A DNA stretch of 55,976 nucleotides from a virus. Taxonomy: Duplodnaviria; Caudoviricetes. The notes under the pieces are model-generated. The model did not search any database and was not told where the DNA came from. It saw only the letters and a list, made by a program, of their open reading frames with translations. A program made the position numbers and the translations under genes. Where the stretch lies: positions 1 to 55,976 of IMG/VR virus record IMGVR_UViG_3300043754_000130, one strand, 5' to 3'. Shown here piece after piece: positions 1 to 9,385 of the stretch; the stretch's first letter is position 1; each line of letters starts with the position of its first letter.

Positions 1-1860
1 CCCGTCGATAAAGATGTGGTCGAACACCGGTGCCCCAGAGCCCGTCGGGCCGACGTACGTGTTGCTGTTCCCGAGGTCGATGGCCCGGTCGACAATGTTG
101 TCGCCGTTCCATTGGTTCGAGTTGTTGATGAGCGTGACGTACTTGACGTTGTTCCAGACGGTGTTGTTGCCGTGGTAGCCTTCGTTCCACATATCGGCGG
201 TTCCGAAGTCCCCGGTCATGTCTGCGGGGCCGACCACGGTGTAGTTCTTCACGGTGAGCTGCAGCGTCGCGCCTTGGGGCGGCGCAGTGGCCGCCGTCTC
301 GAGGTGTCCGGCGATCCGGTGGACGCCGAAGTCCTCGATATAGATGTTCTCCATATCGACCACGGACGCGGCCGTGTTGAATACCCGGCTGCCTAGGCGC
401 ACGACGCCGATGTTCTTCAGGGTCAGGTTGCCGCATCCGAGGCCAAGCGCCATCGCACCCGCAGTGCTCCCGCTCGGGTATTCGATGTCGTCGCCGTCGA
501 TGTAGACCTGCTCGATATCCACGGCGAAGCAGCCGCTGTTCGCGGTGACGCTGATTAGGCCGCCCAGCGCGTTGCCCACCACCCAGCCTTGCGGGGGTGC
601 CGCCAGCCCTTGGGACAGCGGCCCGTAGCCCTGAATCGTGTAGACGCCCGTCTGGTTGCTGCAGATCCCGCCAGGGCAGGTCAGGATCTTGATCGAGCCA
701 TAGATATCGACCAGCGGGACGTTGTTGTCCGACTGGAGCACCTGGCTCGTGTTCATGACGCCGCCCTGGGCGGTGTTGATGGCGGTGACCGTCAGGTTGA
801 AGTTCGCCTCCTGAAAAGTGACCGGAGAGGCGTGCGAGCCCACAGCGAAGTTGGATCCGCTGTTATTCGGGGCTTGGTTAAGCGTGTAGGCTGCCTCCCC
901 CCCTTGGCATCCCGCGCCGCCGGCCGCGGTGATGTAATAGTTCACTGGAGGGTACGACGGGTTGCCCATCGACTCGCCTGTATCGACGATGAAATAGGCG
1001 GGGTTGTTCTGCACCTCGACGGTGCCCTGCGACGGCGTGCCCACCACGCACAAGGTCGTCGAGCCCGACAGGATGTAGCCCTGGAAGATGTCGCCGATGT
1101 AGGCGGTGATGTACCCCCCGCCGGGGCTGTGGCTGTTGACGTTGTTCCCGTGGCTGTCGCCCTTACCGAACATGGACGTCACGCAGCCAGGCCCGACCAG
1201 GAACTTCAGGTTCTTGATCTTGACCGTGTCCGCGGTCCCCATGTTCGGCGCGTCGAAGATCAGCGACGTGCAGCCGTACATGGTCATGTCGTAGTCTTCG
1301 ATGTCGATGGTCAGCCCGCTGAGCGAGCTCCCCGAGCAGAAGATCTGCGCGCCCTGGACCGAGCTGGCGTAGGCGCTTCCCGAGGCGTTGAACTGGCAGT
1401 CGACGCCGTTGCCGTCAGGGTTCGCGTTCCGGTCGGTGTTGATGGTCGCCGGGTCCTTCCAGCCGCCGGCCTGCGCGACCTGGGACGGCGAATAGCCTAC
1501 GCCGAAGGTCACACCTGCCACGTCGTAGTTGGAGGTCTTCGCGTAGCCGGAAGGGGCCTGGCCGCTCTCGCGCCCGATGCCCGCGCCGATCAGGCTCGAC
1601 GGGTAGTTCTGCGCCGCCGTCAGCATATTGCTGGTGTTGACGTAGCCGGTCGACGTGCCCGTGAAGAGGCTGGGCGCCTTGAAGTTCAGATCGGTGGGCG
1701 TCGAGGTGCAATTGTCGTCCGGGGTGGTCGACGCGAAGGGGCAGTTCACCCCGGCGGAAAGCGTGACGTAGCCGTGGATGGGCCACATGAGATGCGCGCT
1801 CGCGGGGGTGGTCACGAGGAGCGCGACGGCGCACGCGCCGACTTTTAGATGAGCGCGCAT
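1..1860 (-). CDS. Large Cys-containing exported protein, possible beta-helix adhesin/depolymerase (truncated at window start)
   Basis: Not in the ORF track. ATG at 1860 overlaps the upstream TAA (TAATG). Frame read open for 620 codons to position 1. N-terminus MRAHLKVGACAVALLVTTPASA looks like a Sec signal peptide. Distal part has beta-helix-like strands (VDIEQVYIDG, NLTLKNIGVV, VDMENIYIED). Confidence 0.8.
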   Translation of the reverse strand, partial: MRAHLKVGACAVALLVTTPASAHLMWPIHGYVTLSAGVNCPFASTTPDDNCTSTPTDLNFKAPSLFTGTSTGYVNTSNMLTAAQNYPSSLIGAGIGRESGQAPSGYAKTSNYDVAGVTFGVGYSPSQVAQAGGWKDPATINTDRNANPDGNGVDCQFNASGSAYASSVQGAQIFCSGSSLSGLTIDIEDYDMTMYGCTSLIFDAPNMGTADTVKIKNLKFLVGPGCVTSMFGKGDSHGNNVNSHSPGGGYITAYIGDIFQGYILSGSTTLCVVGTPSQGTVEVQNNPAYFIVDTGESMGNPSYPPVNYYITAAGGAGCQGGEAAYTLNQAPNNSGSNFAVGSHASPVTFQEANFNLTVTAINTAQGGVMNTSQVLQSDNNVPLVDIYGSIKILTCPGGICSNQTGVYTIQGYGPLSQGLAAPPQGWVVGNALGGLISVTANSGCFAVDIEQVYIDGDDIEYPSGSTAGAMALGLGCGNLTLKNIGVVRLGSRVFNTAASVVDMENIYIEDFGVHRIAGHLETAATAPPQGATLQLTVKNYTVVGPADMTGDFGTADMWNEGYHGNNTVWNNVKYVTLINNSNQWNGDNIVDRAIDLGNSNTYVGPTGSGAPVFDHIFIDG

Positions 1861-2789
1861 TAGCCGATCCCCATGAGAAGGCCGGCACCCTTGGCTGTGC
1901 TGGCGGGCGTGTATTCAATGATGAGGATGCCTTGGTAGCCGGATCCGACGGATCCGGTGTTCATGGCGCCGCCGCCGGCCCCGCCGTAGGACATCGCGCT
2001 GCCGCCGTTCGGGTGGGCTACGTTTCCGCCGCCGCCGCCGCCGCCAGCGTAGACCGAGACGCCGTTCATGCCGCTGTCGCCGCCAGTGCAGACCGCGAGC
2101 AGCTGGCCTTGTCCGCCCGGGGCCGCATTGGACGTGTTCGCCCCCGCGCCGCCGGAGTTGCTGACGCCCCCGCCGTTGCCGCCGTTGCCGCCCGCGCTGC
2201 TCGCGCCGCTACCTCCGGAGGTGCCGTTGGCGCTGATGCCTCCGGCCCCCCCGCCGCCGCCGCCGCCGTTGTTGGAAGCGTCGCCGCTGCCGCCGTGCCC
2301 GGAGTTGACCTCCGTCCCAGTGCCCCCGACGTTGTTCGAACCGTTGTTGCTGCCCGCCGGGGTGGCGGTGCCTGGCGTGCCGGGCTGCGATCCGACCTGG
2401 GTCGTGCCGGTCGTGCTGTTGGAGTTGCAGGCCGAGGTGTTGGCGCAAAGCCAAGTCGCCCCAGTTCCGCTGGCCCCGGCCGTTCCCCCGGCCGCCCCGA
2501 TCTGCATCGGGTAGTTTTGGCCGACGGTGTAGGACGTGGTCCCGGTGAAGTAGTACATGGGGCTGGCGCCCCCGCCGCCGCCCCCGTTGCTGCTCCCGTT
2601 GGCCGCGCCGCCCGCTCCACCAGCCCCTAGGGCGTAGAGCGTGACGCCGGAGTTGTTCCAGTTGGCCGGGGGCGACCAAGTGCGGCCGGTCCCAGTGGTG
2701 ACGTAGCAGAGGTTGACGGTCGCCGCCTGCACCGCCGGTGCAGCGATAGCAAACGCGGCGACTACTGATGCGAGAAGACGACGGTTCAT
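1860..2789 (-). CDS. Glycine-rich exported protein (phage glycine-rich domain)
   Basis: Likely start ATG 2789, just after the upstream stop. Signal peptide MNRRLLASVVAAFAIAAPAVQA, GGAGG/GGGGG tracts, and a G-x-x-G-I-L-I-I-E-Y ending typical of phage glycine-rich domains. Confidence 0.8.
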   Translation of the reverse strand: MNRRLLASVVAAFAIAAPAVQAATVNLCYVTTGTGRTWSPPANWNNSGVTLYALGAGGAGGAANGSSNGGGGGGASPMYYFTGTTSYTVGQNYPMQIGAAGGTAGASGTGATWLCANTSACNSNSTTGTTQVGSQPGTPGTATPAGSNNGSNNVGGTGTEVNSGHGGSGDASNNGGGGGGGAGGISANGTSGGSGASSAGGNGGNGGGVSNSGGAGANTSNAAPGGQGQLLAVCTGGDSGMNGVSVYAGGGGGGGNVAHPNGGSAMSYGGAGGGAMNTGSVGSGYQGILIIEYTPASTAKGAGLLMGIG

Positions 2790-2791
2790 GG

Positions 2792-3586
2792 TCAGAAGTC
2801 CTGGCTGTAGCCTTGAACGTTGCAGCCGATGGTGGTTTCGGCTGGCGACGGGGTGAAGGTCAGGGCGGTGTTGGCCGCTACCACCCAGTCCACGTTGGCG
2901 TTGCTGCCAAGGCCGGCGGGCAGCCACAGATTGGACCCGGCCAAGTCGCTGAAGGTGACGTTGGTGCCGGTGCCGCTGCTGTTCCAGCACTGGACCTTGG
3001 TGATGTGGATTTTGACGCCGGAGCCCTGGGCTGCGAGCAGGGTTACGGCCGTCGAACCGGTGGTGGACTGGAACGCTCGCAGCCTGTTGGCCTCGGGGGC
3101 GTCAGGCGTGACGATAAGCGCGCCATTCGGATTGCAGACGGCCGGGGTCGCGGTGCCGTCCGTCACGGCGCTGAGCAGGGTGGACGTCGCACGGCACGGC
3201 ACAGCACCCGTGCTGGCGGCGAGGATTGCCTTATCGATCGCGTCGATAGTGCAGGTGCTCGTGGGGCCGGCGCAGGCGGAGTCGGTCGTGTTGCCTTCGG
3301 TGACATCCAAGCCGGCGGCGATCGACACCGCTCCGCCCCCTCCCCCTCCGCCCGCCCCTGCAAGAGAGCAGGTCGTCGTCTGTCCGATGATGCAGGGAGT
3401 GCCCGCGAGGCTATCGAAGCCGATCAGATAGGTGGGGTTCGGCGTCCAATTCTGGCCGCCCGTCCATTTGATTTGCGGGGGGGCACCCGACTGGGCCGAC
3501 GCCGGTGACGTGAAGGTGAGCGCGAAAGTGCACGCGAGCACGAAGGCGCACGCGAGCGCGGCCGCGCGCGAGAGGCTGCGGATCAT
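2792..3586 (-). CDS. Exported Cys-rich protein, beta-sandwich-like C-terminal domain
   Basis: RBS AGGAG upstream; signal peptide ending PASA; several Cys; Thr/Ala/Gly-rich. Confidence 0.8.
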   Translation of the reverse strand: MIRSLSRAAALACAFVLACTFALTFTSPASAQSGAPPQIKWTGGQNWTPNPTYLIGFDSLAGTPCIIGQTTTCSLAGAGGGGGGGAVSIAAGLDVTEGNTTDSACAGPTSTCTIDAIDKAILAASTGAVPCRATSTLLSAVTDGTATPAVCNPNGALIVTPDAPEANRLRAFQSTTGSTAVTLLAAQGSGVKIHITKVQCWNSSGTGTNVTFSDLAGSNLWLPAGLGSNANVDWVVAANTALTFTPSPAETTIGCNVQGYSQDF

Positions 3587-3653
3587 CTTGGAGGTCTCCT
3601 GGGGAAAGCGCCTGTGGCGCTACTCGGAAGGGGTGTGGCTCGGCGCCGTACGC

Positions 3654-4040
3654 TTACGCTTTGACGGCGACGAACTGCGGATCGGCCGGCGGGTCTTGCC
3701 CCTCCGTCTGAGTGACGGTCGCGTCGCCCAAACGTCGGCGCATGGCCAGCACGACGCCGACGCCGCGGGATCCCTGGCCGATGGCGTGCCACTGGGCGAT
3801 CATGGCGAAGTTCGCGAGCTGGGCGCAGAGGGCCTGGCCGGCGCTATCGAGCGAGGCGGCGCCGGCGTAGAGCGCCTCCCCGGCCCGGCAGATCTTGTCG
3901 ACGGGCGATGGGTAGAACTGCTTCAGCGCTGCCTGAACGGCCGCCGGCAGAGACGCCGCTGCGGCGCTGTAGGCGTAGGCGTCCACCGCCGCGGCCATCG
4001 TCGCGATGTCGGAGACGGGGGGAATGGTGACGGTCGTCAT
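3654..4040 (-). CDS. Hypothetical protein
   Basis: 128-aa ORF tightly packed in the late operon with phage-like codon usage. Confidence 0.7.
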   Translation of the reverse strand: MTTVTIPPVSDIATMAAAVDAYAYSAAAASLPAAVQAALKQFYPSPVDKICRAGEALYAGAASLDSAGQALCAQLANFAMIAQWHAIGQGSRGVGVVLAMRRRLGDATVTQTEGQDPPADPQFVAVKA

Positions 4041-4050
4041 GTCGGGCGCC

Positions 4051-4449
4051 CTACTGGTTGTTCGCCGGCCAGCCCTGGGTGATGTCGAACGCCGACACCG
4101 CCGCGAGGGTCGTGAGCTTGGCGAGTTGAGCCTTCAGGCCACGGACGTTGAAGATCAGCGCCGCCACGTAGGCCTGAACCGCCAGGATGAACGCCTTCAC
4201 CTGAGCGTCGGTCATGCTGACCTCGACGTTGACCATCGAAGGCCACGCGCCGCCGGACGGGTTGGTCTGGCCCATGAGGAAAGCCAGCATGACGGTCTGC
4301 ATGTTCGAGATGGCCGTCGCATCGATCGCGTAGACGTTGCCCTGGTAGTTCATGCCGGCCGCGATCAGGTCGGCCTGGTAGGCATCCACCGCAGCCTGCT
4401 GGGCCGCGATGGCGGCGGCGATCTGGGTCTGCTTGCTGACGGTGATCAT
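4051..4449 (-). CDS. DUF4376-like tail fibre-associated protein
   Basis: G-M-N-Y-Q-G-N-V-Y-A-I-D, W-P-S-M-V-N-V-E-V-S-M-T and C-terminal DITQGWP pattern; ATGA-coupled to the upstream gene. Confidence 0.7.
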   Translation of the reverse strand: MITVSKQTQIAAAIAAQQAAVDAYQADLIAAGMNYQGNVYAIDATAISNMQTVMLAFLMGQTNPSGGAWPSMVNVEVSMTDAQVKAFILAVQAYVAALIFNVRGLKAQLAKLTTLAAVSAFDITQGWPANNQ

Positions 4450-4847
4450 GACGCCGTGACCTCGAAGGACACGTCAAGGAAGGGCCACAGGCTCAGGTCG
4501 ACGGTGTAGGTCCCGGCATCCGAGAAGGTGATGCTGTCCGATCCGGTGGCGTCGACGACGCCGACGCTGTTGCCGTCGATCGTCACCGCGGCGCCAGTGG
4601 GTGCGGTGAGCGTCACCGCGGTCCCGACCGATGCGGTGGCCGGGCACGTGTAGGCGACGGGCGTCCGCACATGCACGGCCCCGGAGGCGTCCACGTAGCA
4701 GCCGGTGAAGGTCCCATCGTAGACGGTGTTGTCGGTCACATCGAGGACGCTCTCGCCAGCCTGCGGCTGGATCTGCAGATCGGAGGCCTGACAGTAGCCC
4801 TTCCGGGTAATCTTGCCGGTCGCGTCGTAGGTGATGAAGTTCGGCAT
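4446..4847 (-). CDS. Tail-associated protein
   Basis: Directly after the tail tip gene; Y-D-A-T-G-K-I start and Ig-like C-terminal strands (ITFSDAGTYTVDLSLWPF). Confidence 0.7.
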   Translation of the reverse strand: MPNFITYDATGKITRKGYCQASDLQIQPQAGESVLDVTDNTVYDGTFTGCYVDASGAVHVRTPVAYTCPATASVGTAVTLTAPTGAAVTIDGNSVGVVDATGSDSITFSDAGTYTVDLSLWPFLDVSFEVTAS

Positions 4848-4850
4848 CGG

Positions 4851-7800
4851 CTATCGCTTCAGCTCGACCGCGTAGACTGAAGATTCAAGCGCGCTCCCGC
4901 TGGTCTGGCTGGAACTGAGCGTCACCGTTATGTCGAAAGTGTGCGCCCCAGCGGCCATCGCTCCGCCGTACTGGAACGGAAACGCATAGATTCCGCTGCC
5001 GCTCGACGGGGTCGTGAATTGGACCTGCATGAGATTTCCAAGCTCGTAAGCCAACGCAACAGTGACGGTCTCGGACGCTGAGAAGGTCAACTGCACGTAG
5101 GCCACGCCAATGGCGAGTATGTTGTTCCCCGTTGTAGTAAGCGATACGCTTGCCAGCGTATTCGTGCCTGGACTCGTAAACCCTTTGCTTCCCTGAGAGG
5201 AAGCGGCTCCGGCGGTCACGGAGTTCGGGTTGATCTGCGTCGTGCCCACGCTGCCGAGCGTCGCCAAGCCGCCCTGCCCCGCGATCCCTGCGGCGATGTT
5301 CGAGCTCGTGACGTCGGCGCCGGGGATGGCGTTCGGGCCGGGGTTGAAGGACGGGAAGACCGTCTGTCCTGCCTGGATGCCGCAGACAAACGGCACCGAG
5401 AGGATGAAATCGAACGCGCCAGCTCCAGACGCCTGCGCATAGCACCAGAGCTTGGCCGACACGGCGTTGGCGGGAACCTGCGTCGTGAAGGGGAGAGCCC
5501 ACGGATATGCCCCCGTCGCCTCCCCAGACACCGCGCTGGAGATGTTGTTGCTGTTGCCGTCGAAGAACTGAATCCCGAGCTGGCAATACGCAGTACCACC
5601 GCCGCCGGTATATCCGTTGATATACAGCCACTCCCCCCCAACGACGGGGATCGGATACGTCTGTTCAAAGGTTATGCCGTCGCCAGCCGCCGTCGCTGTC
5701 CCGTTGAGTTGGAGGAGCGACAGGCCCTGATAAGTGGACGTGCTGAACGAGTTGAACCAGCTGTGCGGGTCGTAGCTGACGGCCCAGCCCGTCGACCCCT
5801 TCTCGAACTGCGAGAGGGTGACCCGGTTGACGCCGCCCGCCGGCACGTAGGCGTTCACGACCTGGCCGTCGCCCAGCGCCGCGCCGGTGCTGCTCCAGAG
5901 GTTGACGCCGGATTGGGCGCCGACCGTGGCGCCCTGCTCCGCGTTCGGCCCCGCCAGGAAGTTTGGGAACGAGGCCTGCGTCGCCGTCGCGCCGGCCACC
6001 ATCGGGTGCGCCAGCCAGGCGACGAACGACCCCGAGCCCGTCGAGGTTGTGACCAGCGACAGGCTGGCCGTGACCGCGCCGCTCGGCACGGTGACGAAGC
6101 CCTCCTCGGTCGCCGGGAAGGCTGGATTGGCGAAGCTCGCCACCGTCGTCGTCGAGACGGTCGACCCGTTCGATGCATAGAAGGTGAGATCGAGCGCCGC
6201 CGTGGTGTTCGCGTTGAACCCGACGGTCGCCTGGACCGACAGCCTCTCGCCAGCCGTAACCGGGAACGGCGTCGCCTGGGCGATGACGAGCGTCTGGCCG
6301 CTGGCCGAAGCCGTGCCAGTCGCCGCGAGGATCGGATAGCCCGCGCTCGTCGTCGTCGACTTGGACTGGCTCCCCACCGAGCCCGAGACCGTCCAACCAT
6401 TTGAGGCGCCGGCCTCGAACAGCGAGAGCACGACTCGGTTGACGCCCACCGCCGTCGCCGCAGCCTGCGTCGGCGGGGTCGGCACGATGGTGTAGGCGAT
6501 GCAGTCCGAGATGTTCTGGACCGCAGAGCCGTAGATGTTGAAGCTCTGGAACTTGACGTAGACGGTTTCGCCGACCGTCGTGGCCATGTACGGGAGTTGG
6601 AAGATCGCGTCATCCAGGCGGATGAAGATCTCGTTGACCGGGTGCGCCTCGTTCAGCGTGCCCAGGACCCCGCGCCGGGTGTAGCTCGTCAGGTTGTAGC
6701 GGTTCTGCGCGACGAGGTTGGCCGTCGAGTAGGAGATCAACTCGGTCCCGAGGATCGACAGCGAGCCCGAGGCGTTCGCCGCGGCCTGGGAGGCGCTGGT
6801 CAGCTGGCCGCCGCTCTGGCCGAGGTCGATCGTGAAGGTGTCGGTCGTGTCGGGGTCGGTCCCGGCTCCGACCGCATTGACCAGGCGCCCATAGCGCGAC
6901 GGCGCGGTGACGGTGCCGACCTGCTCGTAGTTGGTCCCGTCGCTCGAGACCCAGACGTTGGCGCCGCCCCAGTACTCGCCGCCGGCCACGGCCGCCCAGA
7001 TCTCGTTCTGGATTCCGTTGACCAGCGCCGGCGGCGCATCGAACAGCAGCGGCGTGGCGTAGTTCGCCCCGGTGTAGCAGTAGGCCGGGAGGTCCGCGCC
7101 CTGCTTGACCTGATGACCCCAGGCGTAGAGCCCGCTCGTCCCGTCGCCGGCGAAAGAGGTGTTCTCGCCGTTGTCGGCGACCTGCAGAATCGCGTTCAGG
7201 GTCGTCGAGGTCGGGAAGGCCCCCGTGATCGAGACCCGGAACCAGCCATTCCCGGCGCTGGCGATCGAGTTGCCCACCAGGACCGCGTTGCCGGTCTGAC
7301 CTCCGGTCAGGAGCGTGCCGGCGGTCGAGTCGAAGGCGACGTTGACGTAGTTCCCGTTGCCGTCGCCGAGCTCGATGATGCCGTAGTGGTAGCCAGCCGG
7401 CTTCACGTAGACGCAATAGGTGTAGTTGAGCGTCTCGAAGCACGGGAAGAGCTGGTCGACGTAGTGCGTGCCGCTCGTGGTGGTCGGGATCAGCTTGTCG
7501 GCCGTGCTCGCGCCGAACAGCGGGTCGGTGGCGACGTTGGACGAGATCGTGGCGTTGGTCTTGGCCCACGCCGTCTGCGTCATGTCCTCCGACCACAGCA
7601 GCAGGTTCGCCTCGACGCTGCCCGGGTCGACCTGGGTGTTGGGGATCCAGCCCTGGCCGTTCTGGCGGGTCAGCAGCGGCGAACTCGCGGCGCCGACCGG
7701 CACTTCCTCGGCGGTGAACTCCCAGTCGCCCGAGCTGTCGTCCATCTCGATGATGCGGACGAGCTGGTTGGTCATCCTCGTCGTGGTGAGGGTGACCAAG

Positions 7801-8942
7801 TCCATGCAATTCAGGATGCCGAAGTGCTCCCCGGCCCGCCACTTGTAGGTGTTGCGGACGTTGCAGGAGCGCTGGACGATCAGCTGGGCGATCGTGGCGG
7901 CGATCTGGCCCAAGCAGATCGAATGCAGGCTCGTCGGGCTCTGGTTCGGCCGCTGGCCGTACTGGGCGATGTTGGCCGCGTCCGACGCCGGCTCGATGGC
8001 GGTGCGGTAGGCGTTGGTCCGGTCCAGGTACTCGACCTGGACATAGTTATAGGCGTCGGCCGCGCGCTTGATGTCGACGGTGACCGGGTCATCCCCTTCG
8101 GACGCGGGGATGTAGTCGTCCATCGTGAAGGCGTAGATCGGCGTCAGGTTGGGGGTCCAGGTGACTCCGTTGCCGGTGATCTGGGTGTCGCCGTAGGGCG
8201 CGACCTGAAAGACCCCGTCCGCGAAGAAGCAGTTGGAGTTCGACGCAGTCATGATCTCGGTCAGGAGATCCGACGCCTGGCGCTGGCTGTCCATGTAGGG
8301 TGACAGCAGCAGCCCGGACGCGAAGCAGTAGTTCTTGTAGTTGGTGAAATCGCCGTTCCACGTCGCCGACCAGAACGGCACCTTTGGCAGGAAGTCGTTC
8401 AGGATGTCGGCCGGGTTGGCGTCGTCGAGCGTGGTCCCGTTCACCACGGCCCGGATCGCGGATTGGACCTCGAAGCTGTGGTTCGGCGGGGTCGCGGAAT
8501 CGTCCAGCGCGTAGTTCGCCGCGGCGACATAGGCGATCCCCGAATAGCCGATGGCCTGGCTCGGGAAGTTGTTGTCGAGGTAGGTCCAGTCGGCCTGGCC
8601 GATCTCGCCGCCGAACCCAGTCAAGCCGACCTGCGCCAGCGCGGTCTCGCCGCCCGTCGGCGTGTAGATCGTGGCGTCCTTGTAGACGTTGCGGATCTCG
8701 GAGATGGCGCCGCGGCAGATGCCCAGCACGAGCGAGGCCGTATAGCTGTAGCCGGTCGTCGCGCCGCCGCCCTTGCCGGACGACGTCTGCGCCTTGGACT
8801 TGAAGTTGCCGTACCACAGCAGGTTACAGCCGACCTTGAAGGTCCCCCAGCCCCAGGGAATGCAGGTGCCCAGCAGCGCCGACTGGACCTGAATCCCGTC
8901 GTAGCGCGTGATGCTGTTGGAGGCCGTCTGACCGCCGCCCAT
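4851..8942 (-). CDS. Tail tip/host-specificity protein (GTA g15/gpJ-like) with carbohydrate-binding-like modules
   Basis: 1363 aa after NlpC/P60; N-terminal tip motifs (IPWGWG, GYSGIAYV, DANPADI, RRGVLGT); two tandem ~190-aa repeats in the C-terminal half. Confidence 0.9.
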   Translation of the reverse strand: MGGGQTASNSITRYDGIQVQSALLGTCIPWGWGTFKVGCNLLWYGNFKSKAQTSSGKGGGATTGYSYTASLVLGICRGAISEIRNVYKDATIYTPTGGETALAQVGLTGFGGEIGQADWTYLDNNFPSQAIGYSGIAYVAAANYALDDSATPPNHSFEVQSAIRAVVNGTTLDDANPADILNDFLPKVPFWSATWNGDFTNYKNYCFASGLLLSPYMDSQRQASDLLTEIMTASNSNCFFADGVFQVAPYGDTQITGNGVTWTPNLTPIYAFTMDDYIPASEGDDPVTVDIKRAADAYNYVQVEYLDRTNAYRTAIEPASDAANIAQYGQRPNQSPTSLHSICLGQIAATIAQLIVQRSCNVRNTYKWRAGEHFGILNCMDLVTLTTTRMTNQLVRIIEMDDSSGDWEFTAEEVPVGAASSPLLTRQNGQGWIPNTQVDPGSVEANLLLWSEDMTQTAWAKTNATISSNVATDPLFGASTADKLIPTTTSGTHYVDQLFPCFETLNYTYCVYVKPAGYHYGIIELGDGNGNYVNVAFDSTAGTLLTGGQTGNAVLVGNSIASAGNGWFRVSITGAFPTSTTLNAILQVADNGENTSFAGDGTSGLYAWGHQVKQGADLPAYCYTGANYATPLLFDAPPALVNGIQNEIWAAVAGGEYWGGANVWVSSDGTNYEQVGTVTAPSRYGRLVNAVGAGTDPDTTDTFTIDLGQSGGQLTSASQAAANASGSLSILGTELISYSTANLVAQNRYNLTSYTRRGVLGTLNEAHPVNEIFIRLDDAIFQLPYMATTVGETVYVKFQSFNIYGSAVQNISDCIAYTIVPTPPTQAAATAVGVNRVVLSLFEAGASNGWTVSGSVGSQSKSTTTSAGYPILAATGTASASGQTLVIAQATPFPVTAGERLSVQATVGFNANTTAALDLTFYASNGSTVSTTTVASFANPAFPATEEGFVTVPSGAVTASLSLVTTSTGSGSFVAWLAHPMVAGATATQASFPNFLAGPNAEQGATVGAQSGVNLWSSTGAALGDGQVVNAYVPAGGVNRVTLSQFEKGSTGWAVSYDPHSWFNSFSTSTYQGLSLLQLNGTATAAGDGITFEQTYPIPVVGGEWLYINGYTGGGGTAYCQLGIQFFDGNSNNISSAVSGEATGAYPWALPFTTQVPANAVSAKLWCYAQASGAGAFDFILSVPFVCGIQAGQTVFPSFNPGPNAIPGADVTSSNIAAGIAGQGGLATLGSVGTTQINPNSVTAGAASSQGSKGFTSPGTNTLASVSLTTTGNNILAIGVAYVQLTFSASETVTVALAYELGNLMQVQFTTPSSGSGIYAFPFQYGGAMAAGAHTFDITVTLSSSQTSGSALESSVYAVELKR

Positions 8943-9385
8943 CAGCGCCCCCAGAGCGTGAAGAAGCGGGCCGGGTGGCGCACGGCGTTGGCGAGGTCGT
9001 GGTGGATCGTCATGTCGTCGATCTGGACCCCGAGGCCGATGTAGGAGTGGATGACCATGGGGAAGTCCAAGACGATGCCGCCGTGGCTGTAGGTGCGGCC
9101 CCAGCGCCAGAGCACGAGGTCGCCGGTCTGCACCTCACCTCGAGCGATCTCGCGGCCGTATTGCAGGACGTGCTGGACGTAGAGCTCCTCGCTGCGGTGG
9201 AGGTGCCACTGCGAGGAATAGGACGGGTCGATCGGCGGGATCAGACCCACCTCGGCATAGACGGCGATCGGGAGCTGAGCGCAGTCGACGCCGACGCCTT
9301 TGACGCGGGCGTTGTGGTGATAGGCGGTGCCCAGCCAGCTGCGCGCTTCGCGCGCGACGGCCTGGCGCTGCTCCTGCTCGGTCAT
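8942..9385 (-). CDS. NlpC/P60 tail cell-wall peptidase (GTA g14-like)
   Basis: Start MTEQEQR (ATGA overlap); EARSWLGTAYHH, GVGVDCAQL catalytic Cys, SHGGIV His. Confidence 0.9.
   Translation of the reverse strand: MTEQEQRQAVAREARSWLGTAYHHNARVKGVGVDCAQLPIAVYAEVGLIPPIDPSYSSQWHLHRSEELYVQHVLQYGREIARGEVQTGDLVLWRWGRTYSHGGIVLDFPMVIHSYIGLGVQIDDMTIHHDLANAVRHPARFFTLWGR

Noticed and set aside
1960-2640. GCC/GGC-rich tracts as DNA tandem repeats
   Set aside because: They simply encode the poly-Gly segments of the glycine-rich protein.
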